Shown here in pieces: positions 25,646 through 39,245 of a stretch of DNA of 64,000 nt. Under the pieces are notes generated by a model, which saw only the letters and a list, made by a program, of their open reading frames with translations, ran no database searches and had not been told where the DNA came from. The stretch comes from Felis catus (taxonomy: Eukaryota): contig NC_058383.1 of assembly GCF_018350175.1 (NCBI RefSeq), positions 16,742,001-16,806,000 on the forward strand, read 5' to 3'. Numbering within the stretch: the stretch's first letter is position 1; every line of letters begins with the position of its first letter. The position numbers and the translations under genes were made by a program.

Positions 25646-27074
25646 GTCACATGGCCCCATGCCATGTGACCTGGGTGGTGAGAGGAATGTCTGCAATGGT
25701 ATGTATTGGGCCCCTGCCTGGTGATAAGTGTGGTGGATTGCAGCTATGCCAGGCAACTTCACCTCTGCCTCATGGAGTTGCCCCTCAAGAAGAAACATAA
25801 TGGTGGAAACCTATAGGGGCCCTTCCTTCTTCACCTTCATCCCCCGAGGCAGGGAGAACAGAGAGTCTACTGATGAACCCATGGGTCAGGGGAATAGAGG
25901 TATCTGGGATAACAGGGAGAATGAAATCACAGACAAGAGAGCTCAGGGGACGAGGCCATGATTCAAAGATTCCTCAGATTTGGGTGGTGATGTAGAGAGT
26001 CCATGAAGTGGGTATAAAGACTGGGTGATGAATATGAACAACTTGGCCCAGGGGAATAAGACACACAGGAACAAGGGGAGGATCACAGGAGACTCAGGCA
26101 GGGAAAGGCCAGAAGAACCCATGAACATTGATTTGGGTTTGTCAGGTCGATTTGCTTGTTTGCGGGTTCAGTGTGATATATAGAGGATCCAGGAAAGGAA
26201 GATAGGACGAGCCATAATTCAGAGTGGGAGCACATGGACAGAGGGATAATGGATTGCCTTTATGAAGAGTGGGACGGGAAGTGTAAGACAGGGCAATATA
26301 ATATCCAGATGGCCTCCTGAGGATGTTTCAATTCAATGAAATCAGAGAAATGATTTTGTCACCAGCAAGATCAATTGAAAGCTCCTACTCTTCTTCCCCT
26401 TTAAAACATGAACCAGTTCATCTTCAACACAGGCAAAATCCTTCTTTGGTCCTATCTTGGTAGAATATAAGGACCATATTTTTAAGACTTAAAAAATTCT
26501 TTAACATTTTACTGGTATCCTCAGTAATACAGGAGCTGAAGGAATTTTGCAACGCATGTTCATGCACTACTTGTATAAAGGTCATATGTGTTAGTTTTAA
26601 AAATTACAATCTGACAGTTTTAGACGTTATTTACTGAAATGCCCGGAGGGTTTTTCAACTGAAAGTAGCCACTCTGCTGTGACAGTGTCTGAAATCTTAA
26701 AGCCCAAAACTCCTGTTCTTAGGTCCTGGAGTGTTTCCTAGGAAATAAAATCTTCTTTGCTGACCCTGTGTTTTTCTTGAAATCCACCCCCCTCCTTCAC
26801 ACATTGTTTTGGCAACAAACAGGAAATGGTTGCTTAGGGTCATGAAGCCATTGGTCGTAAGGGGAGGAGAAAATAAGAGAGAGATAAATTTGGGCAACAA
26901 ATGGCTTAAGTCTGAAGACATAACATGACATTCATGGGGAGAGAAAGGATGTTCTAAAAGGACACAGACATGGCGGACCAAGGTCCAGGAAAACAAGAGA
27001 GTTCTGTCAACTTTTAATGGTTGGCTTTGTGTCCCTGAGGGTCTGAGTTAAGGTGGAATCAGAGGCAGGCAGAC

Positions 27075-27294
27075 AGTGATCTCCTTCAGGTCATGGTCAT
27101 ATGGTTCATGGGATGGAGCCCCAACTCAGGCTCTGAGATTACAGTGTGGAGCCTGCTTAGGATTCTCTCTCTCTCTCTCTCTCTCACTCTCTGCCCCCTC
27201 TAATTTCTCTCTCTCTCTCTCTCACCCAAAATAAATAAATAGATATTAAGGAAAATGAATTAATGAATGAATGAATGAATAAATAAATAAATAA
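27075..27294 (+). mobile_element. Older, 5'-degenerate Can-SINE
   Basis: tcaggtcatg..ggagcctgcttaggattctctct, (CT)n tract, (AAAT/GAAT)n tail. Confidence 0.85.
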
Positions 27295-27296
27295 TA

Positions 27297-27660
27297 GTGT
27301 CCCCTCAAAATCTTTTATGTGGAAACTTTAACCCACATTGTGATTATTTGAAGATAAGTCATTGATGGATGTAATTATAGGTAAATGAGGTCATAAGGGT
27401 GGTGGTGCCCAAAAAATAGGGCTGGTGTCTTTAAAAGAACTGATAGAGACCCTGGAAGAATCAAACAGAAAATACCACGTGATGACCCAGAAAGACCACC
27501 ACCATTTGCAAGTCACGGTGAGAGACTTTAGGAGAAATCAAACCATGCACCACCTTGAACTTGGACTCTCAGCCTGCAAAACTGTGAGAAAATAAACAGT
27601 TTTTGGTGTAGCCACCCAGTGTGTGGTATTATGTTATAGCAGCCCTAGAAGAGAAGCACA
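27297..27660 (+). mobile_element. MaLR LTR (MLT1-type)
   Basis: gtcccctcaaaatc..gaggtcataagggtgg..aactgtgagaaaataaa..gccacccagtgtgtggtattatgttatagcagccc matches the recalled MLT1 consensus. Confidence 0.8.
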
Positions 27661-27889
27661 ATCCTCAGGGATTCTGTCCCCAGGCAACCTGTCCTCCCAG
27701 CATCCAGGAATTTCTGCTCAGCCTACAAGGATAGGCTTTAGGGACACATTGACAGGACAAGGACACATACTCTGGAACAAGTTCACTAGATAGGGTGTCA
27801 GACATGTTTTAGGCCAAACAAAAAAGAAAGCAGCCTTCTTGGTAGAAGATTGGGGCTGCATAAGGAAACACCATCACTTTGGTGAAAGC

Positions 27890-28477
27890 AGGTTTTGTCT
27901 CACTTCCCCACAGGCCAGGAGCACCTTGGGACCACTGAGACTGCTTTCCCATGCTGAGCAGAGATAATCAGCCTCATCCTCAGCCTGTAGCCCAGTGATG
28001 CTCAGCGTGCCCGAACTGCCAGACTTATAGCCAGAGGGTCATTCAGAGACCGCAGAGGGTCTGCTATCATCATAATAGATGATGGGTTTAGGGGGCATGC
28101 CTGGGAGTTGTTGATACTGTTCACAGAATGACCATCCCTGATGTTGGAACTATTTCCAGTTCAGGAAACGGTGACCCTCTGGCCAAGGGCCTTAGACACT
28201 GAAGGCGGCTGAATCAGCACAGACTAGGCACAGGACCCTGGAATGGGGAGAGAGAGAGAGTGATGCTGGGTTCTGGACACAACAGGAGGAAACATGTTCC
28301 AAATGTCCTCCCAGGATACTATTCCTATCCCTGAATCCAGTCCCTGATGCAGTGAGCAAGAAGGGTAAGGAGGAGAGCAGACAGACTATGGTGGACACTG
28401 TCACCGAACACGCCTTCTGTGTCCCCTAATCTCTCCTCCTCTTCAACGTCTGAGAGGGAGGGCTTGTCCATGCAAAT
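27890..28477 (-). pseudogene. IGLV1-like V-segment pseudogene
   Basis: Perfect octamer ATTTGCAT (28470-28477). Leader has ATG>ATA (28389) and a lost GT donor. V exon 28237-27929 reads [79 protein letters not shown]-23-ACAAAACCT. Confidence 0.93.
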
Positions 28478-29847
28478 GAGACCTCAACCCTCTGACCCCT
28501 CACAGGCCCTGGGTCAGTTCCTTCTGCCAGAATATTTAAGGGGGAGCTAGGCAGAGGGGAGGTAGTGTCGGGCCAGGGAGTGGGCACATCATAACAGTGA
28601 GCCCTGAAAAGAGGGCACAGACAGTGCCAGTGGCAGGTTCTTGCTCTGAGCAACCCTTAACCCTCAGCACTGGGCTTTGACAACCCCCTGGTGTCCAGAA
28701 TCAGACACACTATTGTGTGATATGGTGACAGAGCAGCAGTTCAGAAAAACCTCCTGACTCCTCACTGCTCTGTCCATGGTCTCTGCCTTAGAGCCAGGCA
28801 GGTATCTCCTATATCACCTCCAATCCCCTAGGGAAGACTGCATGCTTTTCAGGGTGGAATGTCCATGGTAAAAAGAAATCTCTGGAATAGATCTCTTCCT
28901 GTTATAAACAGACAGTTGAGGGGAGGTGTAGAGCTCTTCTTGAATTTGCTGGGTTTTTATCTTTTTTTACTTCGAAATGATGTTCAGGCGAAGGTGGCCT
29001 AATTGGGGGTGTTCTGTCCTTGGCACCTTCAAGAGGAGAACCACAGGCCAGGGCTACAGTGTCCTCAGAGTTGTTATGAAATCCCCATGTGGGAACATAG
29101 CTCCCCTACAAATATGTGATCCTCCTTCAATGCCCTCATACAAGAAGCTCCTTCATTTGAGAGTCTCTAAGCCCGTGTCCATTGCCTCACCAAAATCATG
29201 GCATGAGATTCAGATCTCCTAAAAATGGAAAGAGACACTGCTCCTACAGTACCTGCTACAGTGGGAGAGGGATCCAGATGCTGGGTGCCCCAGTGCACAC
29301 AGAGAGGTCACCCACAGACACATCTCACTTTGTAGAAGGTTCTATTTGTTCGGTATTCTTGCTGTCATGGAGACCTGCTTCCTCTGAGTCTCAGGAAGGA
29401 AAGAATGGTTCTCAGAAACACACTGGAATCAGCGGATGCAGAGGGGAAGTGACCTACTTTTGGAAGTAACCTTAGGAGGTGGGTATGGGCCATGCTGGAA
29501 CCAGAGACCAACTATGAGCGATCAGTCCACCCACATCTCTGAATCAGGCCTAGACCCTGGGCTGGCATGGGTGGGGTCACCAACTTCTGTCCTGCTCATA
29601 CATCTCCTGCTCAAAGAATGCCTGAAGGGATACTTTGCCCTAAGTCCTTACTGATGACTATGTAGTTACATTCTGTAGAAGAAGATATTAATAATGGAGC
29701 AAGTAACCTGTGTAAGGACACTGAGAAGATATTTACATATCTAAAGGTACTAGAAAAGTGGAGCTAAGAGGTGACAAAATTTGTCACCCTAAGCTTGTCT
29801 TGGTCCCAGGAAGGACCGGAGTGACTGCCTCAAGGAAATCACAGGGA

Positions 29848-30170
29848 GGTTTTAGTCTCACTTCCCTGTGACCCAGGAACATTTTGTGAATGTGTGTGTG
29901 CCATGTTCTATACCAAGTAAGAGTGAGCATTATCCTCATGTTGGAGCCCAGAGATGGGCAGAAGCTCTGCATTGGCTGGGGCATCTTTGGATACAGAGAA
30001 GTGGCTGGGTCCCCAGAGCCTTGGTGCTTATATGAGTCTGTGTGGTAGCACAGAAGGTACCAGGCTGGTAATAATCCTTTTGTTAGTTACCGTGTTTGTA
30101 TCTGGTTTCTGCCAGTACCAGCCTATGACATAACCACCAACACCAAGACCACCACTCAGGTTGCATCCGT
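29848..30170 (-). pseudogene. IGLV5-like V relic
   Basis: Minus strand reads CNLSGGLGVGGYVIGWYWQKP..YLLCYHTDSYKHQGSG..FSVSKDAPANAELLPISGLQHED. ~25-bp insertion in FR2. Nonamer ACTAAAACC at 29856-29848. Leader not found. Confidence 0.75.
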
Positions 30171-31858
30171 AAACCCTTATGTCCTCACTTTACCAGGGAA
30201 GCATCTCAGCTTTCATGGGGAAATGGTCTCCATGCTTTTAGACTCACAGGCCTTTTAGCAAATTCCTGTACCCAGGACCACCTGCTTCCCTCATAATCCC
30301 CATCCTTAGTGCACCCAAAGGGATCTTCTTCTTTGATCTCAGGCAGGTGCCCCTCTTCAGTGACTCCTCACTGCTGTTGGCACAAAAGCCACAGAACTCC
30401 CTCCCTTAAGGGATCTTCCTTCCTGGTTTGGCCCTGCTTTCCATGTAGCCCTGCCTCTTGCTCTTTGACTTCCACATTCCCTGATATCATGTTACTTCAA
30501 AAGCCTGAATACACATCCCTTCTATAGTATTGTCTGCAATGTGTTAGCAAGGAGATGGGCTTCAATTTGAGTTCACAGAGAAAACACACATTTCCCCAGA
30601 TATTGAGTGAGTCTTAATGGGATAACATATACACATCATCTCAGATAAGGATAGAGAATTTTTAAAGTATATATTGTGGACCTTAGTGACATTACAAATA
30701 CTATGGGGGATAGTGCAAAGAACTGCCTGCACCCATCACCCAACAACAACCTTCACCTTTAGGACTCATCTTGTTGACTCTCCCATCCCTCTTTGTCCCT
30801 CCCATCTTTCTCCCACACTGAATATGAAAAAAATCCAACCACTTTGTCATCAGTGTATAGAGGTCACTGATGTATGACCTTCATTGAAACAAACTTGGTC
30901 ATGTTACCTACACATTTAATATTCCAAAATTATTTGTATTTATCTTGTACATCAAAGCATTGAACTCCAACTATACTCGCATAAATGTGTTTGTGTTGTA
31001 ATCTCCAAAATGGTGAGCTAATCAAATTATTAACTGATTGTACTGATTTAAAAAGTAAAGGAAGAGCAAGGAATTTTCTGTTTGGTAGCTGTGAGGTTCA
31101 TGGAATACCATATCTGTGTAGAATGAAGGGAGACCAGCACAGACATCTTCAGACAGATACTGATTTCCTGCATCCAGTCTCCTGGTAGAATCCTGTCTTC
31201 TTGGGACACAAATATTTTAAACCCATCATTATTCATTCATGATATTTCCCTCAAGGTTTCTTGGGATTTGAGATTAAGGGGTTGTATATGACATTTCATG
31301 GATAATACACTAGTCTTTGAGCTATGTTTACCCTTGGGTGACAATCGATATGCTTACAGGCTTTCAGATAAGTGAAATATAAGCAGACACTCAAACAAGT
31401 AACTTGAACTCTGGAGGTTAGTTGCTCATGGAGGATGTCTTCTGTCCTCAGAGCCTTCACCACCACCACCTACTGCTCTTGTCTGAAGTCTCTGACCCAC
31501 ACTAAATGCAACTTCAAAGTGCTCAAAACTTTGTCATGCTTTTATTCATCTTCATATCCCATGCATGAAACACATTTCCAAATAAAGAAGAAGTATCTGG
31601 TCTATTTTACTGTAAAAATTGTGTAAAAATGTGATTATAAATTATACACCTCACCTGCCAAAAAAATATGCTCCACGTGTTTGTGAGAAGAGATTCCATA
31701 TGATTGAGTCATGGGTCTTCTGACCTCAGCTGACTTCTGCGCCTAACAAGAGGGAAAGCAGAAGCACAGGGAGATGGTATATCTAGTATTTCTTCCAGCT
31801 GAATGGCATAAAAATGACTTAATACAAAGACTAATAGCTGAGAATATGTTATCTCAAA

Positions 31859-32075
31859 CAGTGGATCTCAAACTGGTGTTATTTTGTCCCCCACCCAAGT
31901 TATTTGGGAATTCTTGGCAGCATTTTGTGTATCATGAGTGGGATATAGGGGTGCTTCTGGCATGTTATGTATGGACCACAAAGGATGCTTCTCACCCTCT
32001 TACATATACAAAACAGCCCCCAAAGCAAGGAATGAGCCAGTTGTTTTGGCAGAAGTGCTGAGGATCAGAAGCTCT
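31859..32075. mobile_element. MER20-like hAT DNA transposon relic
   Basis: cagtggatctcaaactgg..ggcagcatttt..gtgcttctggcat..ggatgct..cagccccc..gtgctgagg resembles the recalled MER20 consensus. Confidence 0.65.
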
Positions 32076-32270
32076 GTTGTGAACAAAATCACCTACATTG
32101 ACTGCAAAGGGATTAAGAGCTCATCCGTGAACACCACGGTTGGGATTTGTATAGATTGACAGACTAAGAAACGTACAATCTAAGGCAAACTTTTCAGGAG
32201 GAGATGGGAAGAAGCAACCATCCCTGGTGGGGAAAGACTGAGGACAGACCTAGGACTGGAGAGTACGGGG

Positions 32271-32477
32271 AATTTTGGTCTTACTTCCCCATGACTCTGA
32301 ATTATTGTGCTCACAGCTGTCATAAGGAGACTGACAGTAATAATCGGCCACATCCTCAGCCTGCAGGCCCAGACATGGTCAAGTAGGCGGTACTGGAGGA
32401 GCTGTTGATGCAGCCAAAGAACTGATTGGGAATCCCAGAGGGTCTTTGGTGTCATAGTAGATCATATTGGTGGGGAC

Positions 32478-32519
<42 letters not shown>

Positions 32520-32640
32520 AGCACTACACATTTTTGTCTCCAATGTTGCCACTCATCCAAGTGCAAGAGATAGTGGCCATCTGTCCCAGAGATCCCAACA
32601 AAAAGTGAGGCTGTGTCAGCACAACCTGGGCCCGAGATTC
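32271..32640 (-). pseudogene. IGLV6-like V pseudogene with a (CAG)13 expansion in FR2
   Basis: QVVLTQPHFLLGSLGQMATISCTWMSGNIGDKNV*CY(Q)13..GIPNQFFGCINSSSSTAYLTMSG/LQAEDVADYYCQS. RSS CACAATA (32309-32303)-23-ACCAAAATT (32279-32271). Confidence 0.88.
32479..32517 (+). repeat. (CTG)13 trinucleotide microsatellite
   Basis: 13 uninterrupted CTG units. Confidence 0.98.
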
Positions 32641-33179
32641 TACAAGGAGGGGGTGACCTGGAGATCAGTAGGGAAAGGCAGATTCTATTCCCAGGGGTGA
32701 AAGATAAGTCATCCTCCCAGGTGACAAAAGGTGTCCGCCTACAATTCCCTGGTGGAGACACCCCTGACTAGGCTTCCTGAGCACACAGCCAGGTCTTAGC
32801 TCATCAACCCTTATTATGTGTACACTTGATCCTTAGGGTAAGGTAAGGCAAATCTTCCCCTTTATGGAGGCTTTACAGGCCCCTCTTTCACTATAATCCT
32901 GGGTTTCAGCTGAGCAAAGAGAGGGCTGGAGTGGGAAGACCTTCACCCCAAGGATGGCCCAGGAGAACCTGCAAGAGGCAGGGAGATAGGAGCTCCCAGC
33001 TAAGGAATCGGGGAACACTAGGGCCCTCTCGTGGATTCAGTAGACATGTCGACCCAGGATTGGAGCTGGTGCCCAGGACTCTTGCCTCCTTTCCCCACTG
33101 CTCACAGTTCCAGCCTCTTCATGATGGCTCTTTTCATTTAGAAATGTGCATAGAAAATTTCTCTGTCTCATTTTGTGAA

Positions 33180-33680
33180 CTGTTAAAAACCTGTCTATTC
33201 ATCACTTAATCATAGCCATGTATGAACATAGCAACATTTTTTTTTTTACCCATTCACCTATTGGAGGACATGTGTTGCTTTAAAAAATTTAGGCAATCAT
33301 GAATACATCTTTAATAAACATTTTTTTTATTTTCTTGTATAGACAAAAGTAACTCATTTAGGGCAATACCCAGGAGTGTGAATCCTGTACTGTATTTTAT
33401 GCATTTATCTTTATAAGAAACTTCCAAGTTATATTCCAAAGTGGTCGGTCATTTCTCATTCCCAGAGGCAATGGATGAGACTTCCTCCTGCCTCCCATCC
33501 CAGGAAGTATCTAATGGTGTCACTTAATTGAATTTTAGCCATGCTAACAGAACTCCACAAGTATCCCATTGCTCAATTTGTAATACTCCAATGCCATATT
33601 ATGTTGGACATCTTTCCACATGTGTAATAGTCATTTGTGTAACTTCCTTGGTAAGTGGTACATTCAGATATGCTCACTGG
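33180..33680 (-). mobile_element. Old L1M-type 3' fragment
   Basis: cccattcacctattggaggacat..ttccaaagtgg..cattccca..ttttagccatgct..gttggacatctttcca..gtcatttgt resembles a reverse L1 ORF2 end. Confidence 0.65.
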
Positions 33681-34131
33681 GGAGGCACTGCCTGGCACCT
33701 GGGAGATGAGGAGATCAGCAAAGTTCTAATCTCAGTAGAAAAAGAGAAATTCAGTATCTCTAAGATTTCAGAACTCAAGAGTTCTTAATAAATCCCCAGA
33801 TAGCACAAGGGACATGAGGGGGATGGACAGAGGGCCACCTGGTTCTCCCAGGTAACACATCCTACACTAGAACCCTTTCAGTCATTGCCACCACCAGCAA
33901 CTATGGGGACATTTTGCTTCTGGAAATAAAGAAATTATTTTTGTATTGGAATACCAATGTATTCCAAAGGATATATTTTTATTGACCTTATAAACAAACC
34001 CAGAGTTCAGAACTTGAAACCCTCTGGTTATGGTAGGACAAGTAATGGCAAAAGCCATGACCTTTTGTCTGTTGTTGGTCACAGGCAAGGACAGAAGAGT
34101 GAGGAATAAGACAGGCGAGGAAGTAGAGGGT

Positions 34132-34560
34132 AAATTTTGCCACAGTTCACCATGGAACAAGAGATCCTTGTGGAATTTGCAGGTGTTTAGTTCTATAATG
34201 ATAGTCATCAGTCCCTTTCACAGGCTGCAGCCCAGAGGCCACTAAATAGGTTGTTGTAACACACCTGGATCCAGAATTTCAGGCTGACACTCCAGGTAGG
34301 TCTTCACTACTCTCCTTGGTTACAAACCTGAGGGCTCTTCCTGGGAGCACTGGCACCATTGGTAACCCCAATGTTCCTGTTCCTGTGCAGGAGAATGTGA
34401 CCTGGGATCCTGTGTTAACAAGAGCTTCCCTGGAAGAGTCACATGTACACATATGGAGGAGCGCCTACTCTTAATTGTTCCCAGCCTGACCCCATTCCCT
34501 GGATTGTTGAAAAGCTCCAATGAGGGGACAAGAGGACAATGAACAGCAGGACAAATTCAC
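34132..34560 (-). pseudogene. Highly degenerate IGLV relic
   Basis: Minus strand has VTFSCTGT..PGVSA*NSGSR..SGLQP. RSS-like cacaagg..gcaaaattt. Homologous to the relic at 49040-49340. Confidence 0.5.
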
Positions 34561-37500
34561 ACCAGTGAACTTCAGGAAAACTCTCGCAGGAATTCCCAGG
34601 AGACCTGATGTCAGCTGTAGCACAGTTTCCTCCATACAGCTACTTCAGCCACTTCTCTGGGTTAGAATCAGCAGTCTTGGGGAATCCTCCACCTTCTTTG
34701 GTCCCATAGTGAGGACTACTGGCCTCAGGCATCAAATTTCCCATTTGACTATTCCTCTCTCTCTCTTTCAATTAACAACTGGAGAGTGAGGTGACCAACA
34801 AGGGTTCAAGGCCAGATTTGTACTTTGTTCTCTCCCCAGTCTGCACAACAAATTTGTTCCCATCGGTTGATGCATCTTGTCCATATGAGGTGGTTGTCTA
34901 TTCCATACATCTACTCCATATATGTGTCCCTGTTCTACTTTTGGTGTTAGACAAAGTTACGTATGAGAAGGAGAAGATGAAGGGAGGAAGAAAAAGAATA
35001 GATTCATAGGAGGAGTATAATGGAATGTAGCCCAGGGAAGCACCCTTCCTGAGGCACTTGACAAAAAGGGAAAATGTCCCTTTCCATTTTGAATCCCAGG
35101 TGAAGGTGGGAGTTCCTTTTTGTCCCCTGACAACAACAGGTGTTTTTTGACTGGGATAAATAGGTATATTGCCCTGATGTTCTGGAGCTCAGACATTGGG
35201 GATGCTCTGGAGAGGAGAGAAAGTGAATCAAAGAATATCAAGAGGAGGAAGAAGTGGCTAAGCCAGAAATAAAGGACCTCCTCTGCCTGGTTCATTGTGA
35301 GTTCTCTATACAGAACCCCTGACCCTCCACAGGGTCTTAAGAACCTGCAGAATGTGCTGGAATTAAGGGCTGAGGGGTGTGTGGAAGCTGGACGGGCACA
35401 GAGAAGCTTCAGCAAGATTGAGGCAGTCACAACTCAGACCACTGTGTGAACTCAGCAACCAGTTGTCCCTCACTCCAGTTCTCCTCCCCCCTCAGGAAAC
35501 CCCACAATGCCCTGCCTATCAGAAGAGCTCCATCTCCACCTGTCCTCCCTGAAGACTAATGATCTTGGCAGGGACATTAACTGTGCTGACTGTGATGCTC
35601 CTGCCACTCATGTGTCCATAGAGGAAGAAAGTGGAAGTTCTGAAATCCCACATGGAGGGAAGCTGTGTCAGCATCACCACCTGAAGGTGAGGGCATGGAC
35701 TCCTCTCTGAACTGCAATTGAGTAGCAGGCTGTGTTCTCACATGTGTGTTGCAAATGAAGAGATCCATGTAGAAAATAGGATGATGGACAAGATGAAAGT
35801 GGGTGGAAAAATCCATGCCAGCCTGGGATCTAGGCCTCACTCAGAGACATGGGTGTCTGAGTGCTTGTATTGGAAAATGGAGTCCAGCATGACTTTCATC
35901 CATCTCCCAGAAATCAGCTCCAAGACCTTCTCTCTGCATCTGCAGATTCTCACCTGTCTCTGGGGAAATGCACATTCTGTCCTGAGGCTCAGAGGAAACA
36001 GGTGTCTGTGGCTCCAGTGATGTTGAACAAAGCCTTCTCCAAAGGGATATGTGACTGGGTGTGACCTATCTGTGGGCACCAGACACAGGAATCAAGATCC
36101 CTCAGAATAGGAACAGGTCCTGTGAGAGTCATGTCTCTTTTTTATTCCAAGGTGATATGATCTCATGCTGCAATGAGGAGGCTATGGACGCTCAGGACTT
36201 AGAGATATGTACAGAAGAAGAAAACAAGTTTCACTTCCACAGGTTATGGAGACAGGATCACAGATAAGGTGTAGCTGTGTCTCCACTCCAATGTTGCAGG
36301 AATCTGTCTCTCTCCCCAGTCTGGGGCCCTTCACATTTCCTGATTCTCTCTGCACAGGTGACAGACCAATGTGGTCTCTGGAAATGGCCCTCAGGAGCAC
36401 ATCATCTGTTCCTCTTTTCTATCCCCTGGTAGAGTGAGAGCCTTTGTTCTTCCTGAACAACACTGAAGGTCTGACTGCCAAAACTTAATCACTTTATGTA
36501 CTGGAGAGACATGTCTTAGCTACTCTCTAGTTCTGGGAGGTCATTGTCTTCAGGTAATAGTATGAGTTAGCAAAGGTTAGTCTCCTGGTGTTCAAAAGTG
36601 TCTCTCAGGTGGCCTAATCTGAGCTAGCCATAACTGCTGTCTGTGCCTCCCCCAGTGACATCACTGCCTTGATGTCTCCATGGGTCATCACACTGATTCC
36701 AGTGTTAGCCATACAACTCCCTTGAGAACCTGTGCCTCCTGCTGACTTACCATTCTAGCCATGCCTGTCACACACACACAGGTATTTAAAATTAACCCTT
36801 CTCAAGAGATATAATTTCAGGAGCACACCCCCACATCCATCCTGCTGCCCCTGCCCTGCAGCCTCTGCTTCTCACAAAGATCAAGAGAGAGGGAAGATCT
36901 GGGAACCTTCCTGAGCCCATCCCTGTAATTTCCCCAGGAAAGATGAATTGGTGAGGTCAGCATGGGACTTTGTTGCATTTGTAGCTGGTGTGCAGTGAAT
37001 GAAATGTCTCTTCCTGAGAATGGATTTTGACTAGAATGAACATGTTGACCATTTTGCTCATTCTGGTGGGCAGCTTGTGTGGTCAGAACCACCACTGAGT
37101 ATGTGGTGACAGGATCATGTCACATATCACAGAAGCTCTACATCCTCAGGAATGCCATAAGACTTTAGTTAAAGTTCATTTTGATTATCCTCATGATTAT
37201 TGGCATCCTGTCAGACTTGCAGGCCAAGATGATTATGGCTGGAACCACTTGACACCATAAAATGTGCAGCTCAGGGGATCTTTTGGGTGAGCTGGGCTCA
37301 TGTACCATCATGGAAAGAGCTTCTCTGGGGCCTAAATGTAAACTGGAGCTCACCATGGGGACTGTCCTGTATATCCTGGAGAGGGTAGCCTCTTCATTAG
37401 GAGGGCACATCCCTCCTCCACAGTCATTTCCCTTGGAAGGCAAGACACAGGCAAGGTTGACATGGGGGTAGGGGGCTCATAATGGACATGGCCCTAACCT

Positions 37501-38216
37501 TTCTCCTCAGATGTGGGGATCAAAATGAATGGCATAGTCCATTGGGGTCCTTATACTCCTTCCTCCAGAGACAAGGGACCGGAGTAGTGGGTAAGGTTTT
37601 CTCTGAACCTGAGATGGGTCTTAAAAAATGATAAGCTCCAGAAATTGCCTTCAGTGCTGAGAATCATAATACAGGCAACACATCAGAAATTGCAACTTGC
37701 AAATTACAAAGGACACAGCCATCTATTTTACAACATCAGGGAAAAAATCCCGAGCATCCTCAAACCACGTGTAGTGGACTAACTTCAATCAATTCAACCT
37801 GAACACATTGCTTGCCATATAGCTGTCTCCTTCCCTGTTTGTGGAATGACAGTGACAAGGACAGATGCAGAAGCCACAGCAGCTTCCCAGGCACCTGTAG
37901 ATGGAAGTGTGACCAGCAGGGGGCAACATGGGCCTCCCAGAGTCACTTGCTGTGGAGCCTCCCAGCCAGGCAGCCCCTGCTGACTCCAAGTCAGGCTAGA
38001 GGGAGCTGGTCACTGACTCAGGGTTGAGGTCTCAGCCACTGTGTCCCCATGGGCTCACAAAGTCCTCAGTACACACACCTGTGGATTGATCCAGCAGCTG
38101 CTTCCTCCCTATCCCCACATAGCAACCTCAGCCCCTTCACTTTCTCCATTCACAGGCCCTGCTCACGTTCCTTTCATAACTCAGAGAGGGACAAAACCAG
38201 ATTAAATGGGGGTTGG

Positions 38217-38827
38217 ATTTACATGAAAGTCTCCTCCAGCTTAGGTAGAAAGGGAAGAAAGGCATGTCCCAGCACAGAACCAGCTCTGGAACCTCAGGAA
38301 CTGTGAAGTCCATGAACTGGACCCCTCTTTTCCTTGTGATCCTCTCTCACTGCACAGGAAAAGACAAGCCTTGGAGGTTCAAAAAACACCAATAGCTGTG
38401 TGAGCTACCCTGGCCTAACCCCTCAAGCAGAAGCCAAATGGCCCCAGCTCCTTTAGGATAGTGTGACTTTGTTACATGTTCCCTGGGCTGACCCAGCTGC
38501 CCTCCCTCTCTACATCCCCTGGAGTATCAGCCAGACTCACCTGCATCCTCAGCAGTGACATCTGTGTTGGTGCACACAGGATATTACAGCATCAACAGAA
38601 GGCAGGGAGCCCTCCCCAGAATCACTTGGACTGACACTCAAACAAGCACCAGGGCTCTAGGGTCCCCAGATGCTTCTCTGAATGCAAAGATGCTTCAGCC
38701 AACTCAGGGATCCTGTACATCTCTGTTCTGCAGCCTGAGCATGAGGCTGATTATTACTGTAATATATGGCAGGACAGCTCTAGCGCCTACTCAGTGCTCA
38801 GACACATGAGGAATTGAGATAAAAACC
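38217..38827 (+). pseudogene. IGLV5-like V pseudogene
   Basis: Octamer variant ATTTACAT (38217). Leader MNWTPLFLVILSHCTG from 38312 with donor GT>GA. ASLSTSPGVSARLTCILSS..QQKAGSPP..KHQGSRVPRCFSECKDASANSGILYISVLQPEHEADYYC. RSS CTCAGTG-22-ATAAAAACC. Confidence 0.9.
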
Positions 38828-39065
38828 TCCCTATGCTCTCTGGTCTGGTGCACGCACCCCTGCTGGAAGCTCCATGGATTCAAGCTCAGGGAGTGACTTC
38901 TGTTGTCAGATCTCAGACAAGCACCTGGTTATCCTTGAACTGGTAGATGTGACAATGTCCTATCTCTTTCTTCAGTTCAACTTTCAGATTGCTATTGTAG
39001 ACTCATCCAATTCTTGTTTGCTTTGACCAACACTGCTTGATCAGAGATTAAAATCTCTCAGGGAG

Positions 39066-39154
39066 GGGCACAGGGGTGGCTCGGGTCATGATCCCAAGGT
39101 CATGGGATCGAGCCCCACATTGGGCTCACACTGAGCCTGGAACTTGCTTGTATT

Positions 39155-39186
<32 letters not shown>

Positions 39187-39245
39187 ACGCTCTGTCCCCT
39201 CCCCCGCTTTTACTCTCTCTCACTCTTAATAAAATTCAAAAAGAT
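39066..39245 (+). mobile_element. Older Can-SINE with internal deletion
   Basis: ggggcacaggggtggctc..ggtcatgatccc..(CT)n..aataaaa. Confidence 0.85.

Noticed and set aside
32467..32700. ORF with a poly-Leu 'signal peptide'
   Set aside because: The poly-Leu is the (CTG)13 tract read antisense to the IGLV pseudogene.
35600..37500. Further possible V relics (leader-like ctgcacaggtgac at ~36352; EKALFNITGA-like and GLQ-like bits on the minus strand)
   Set aside because: Too degenerate: no consistent V framework plus RSS could be traced.
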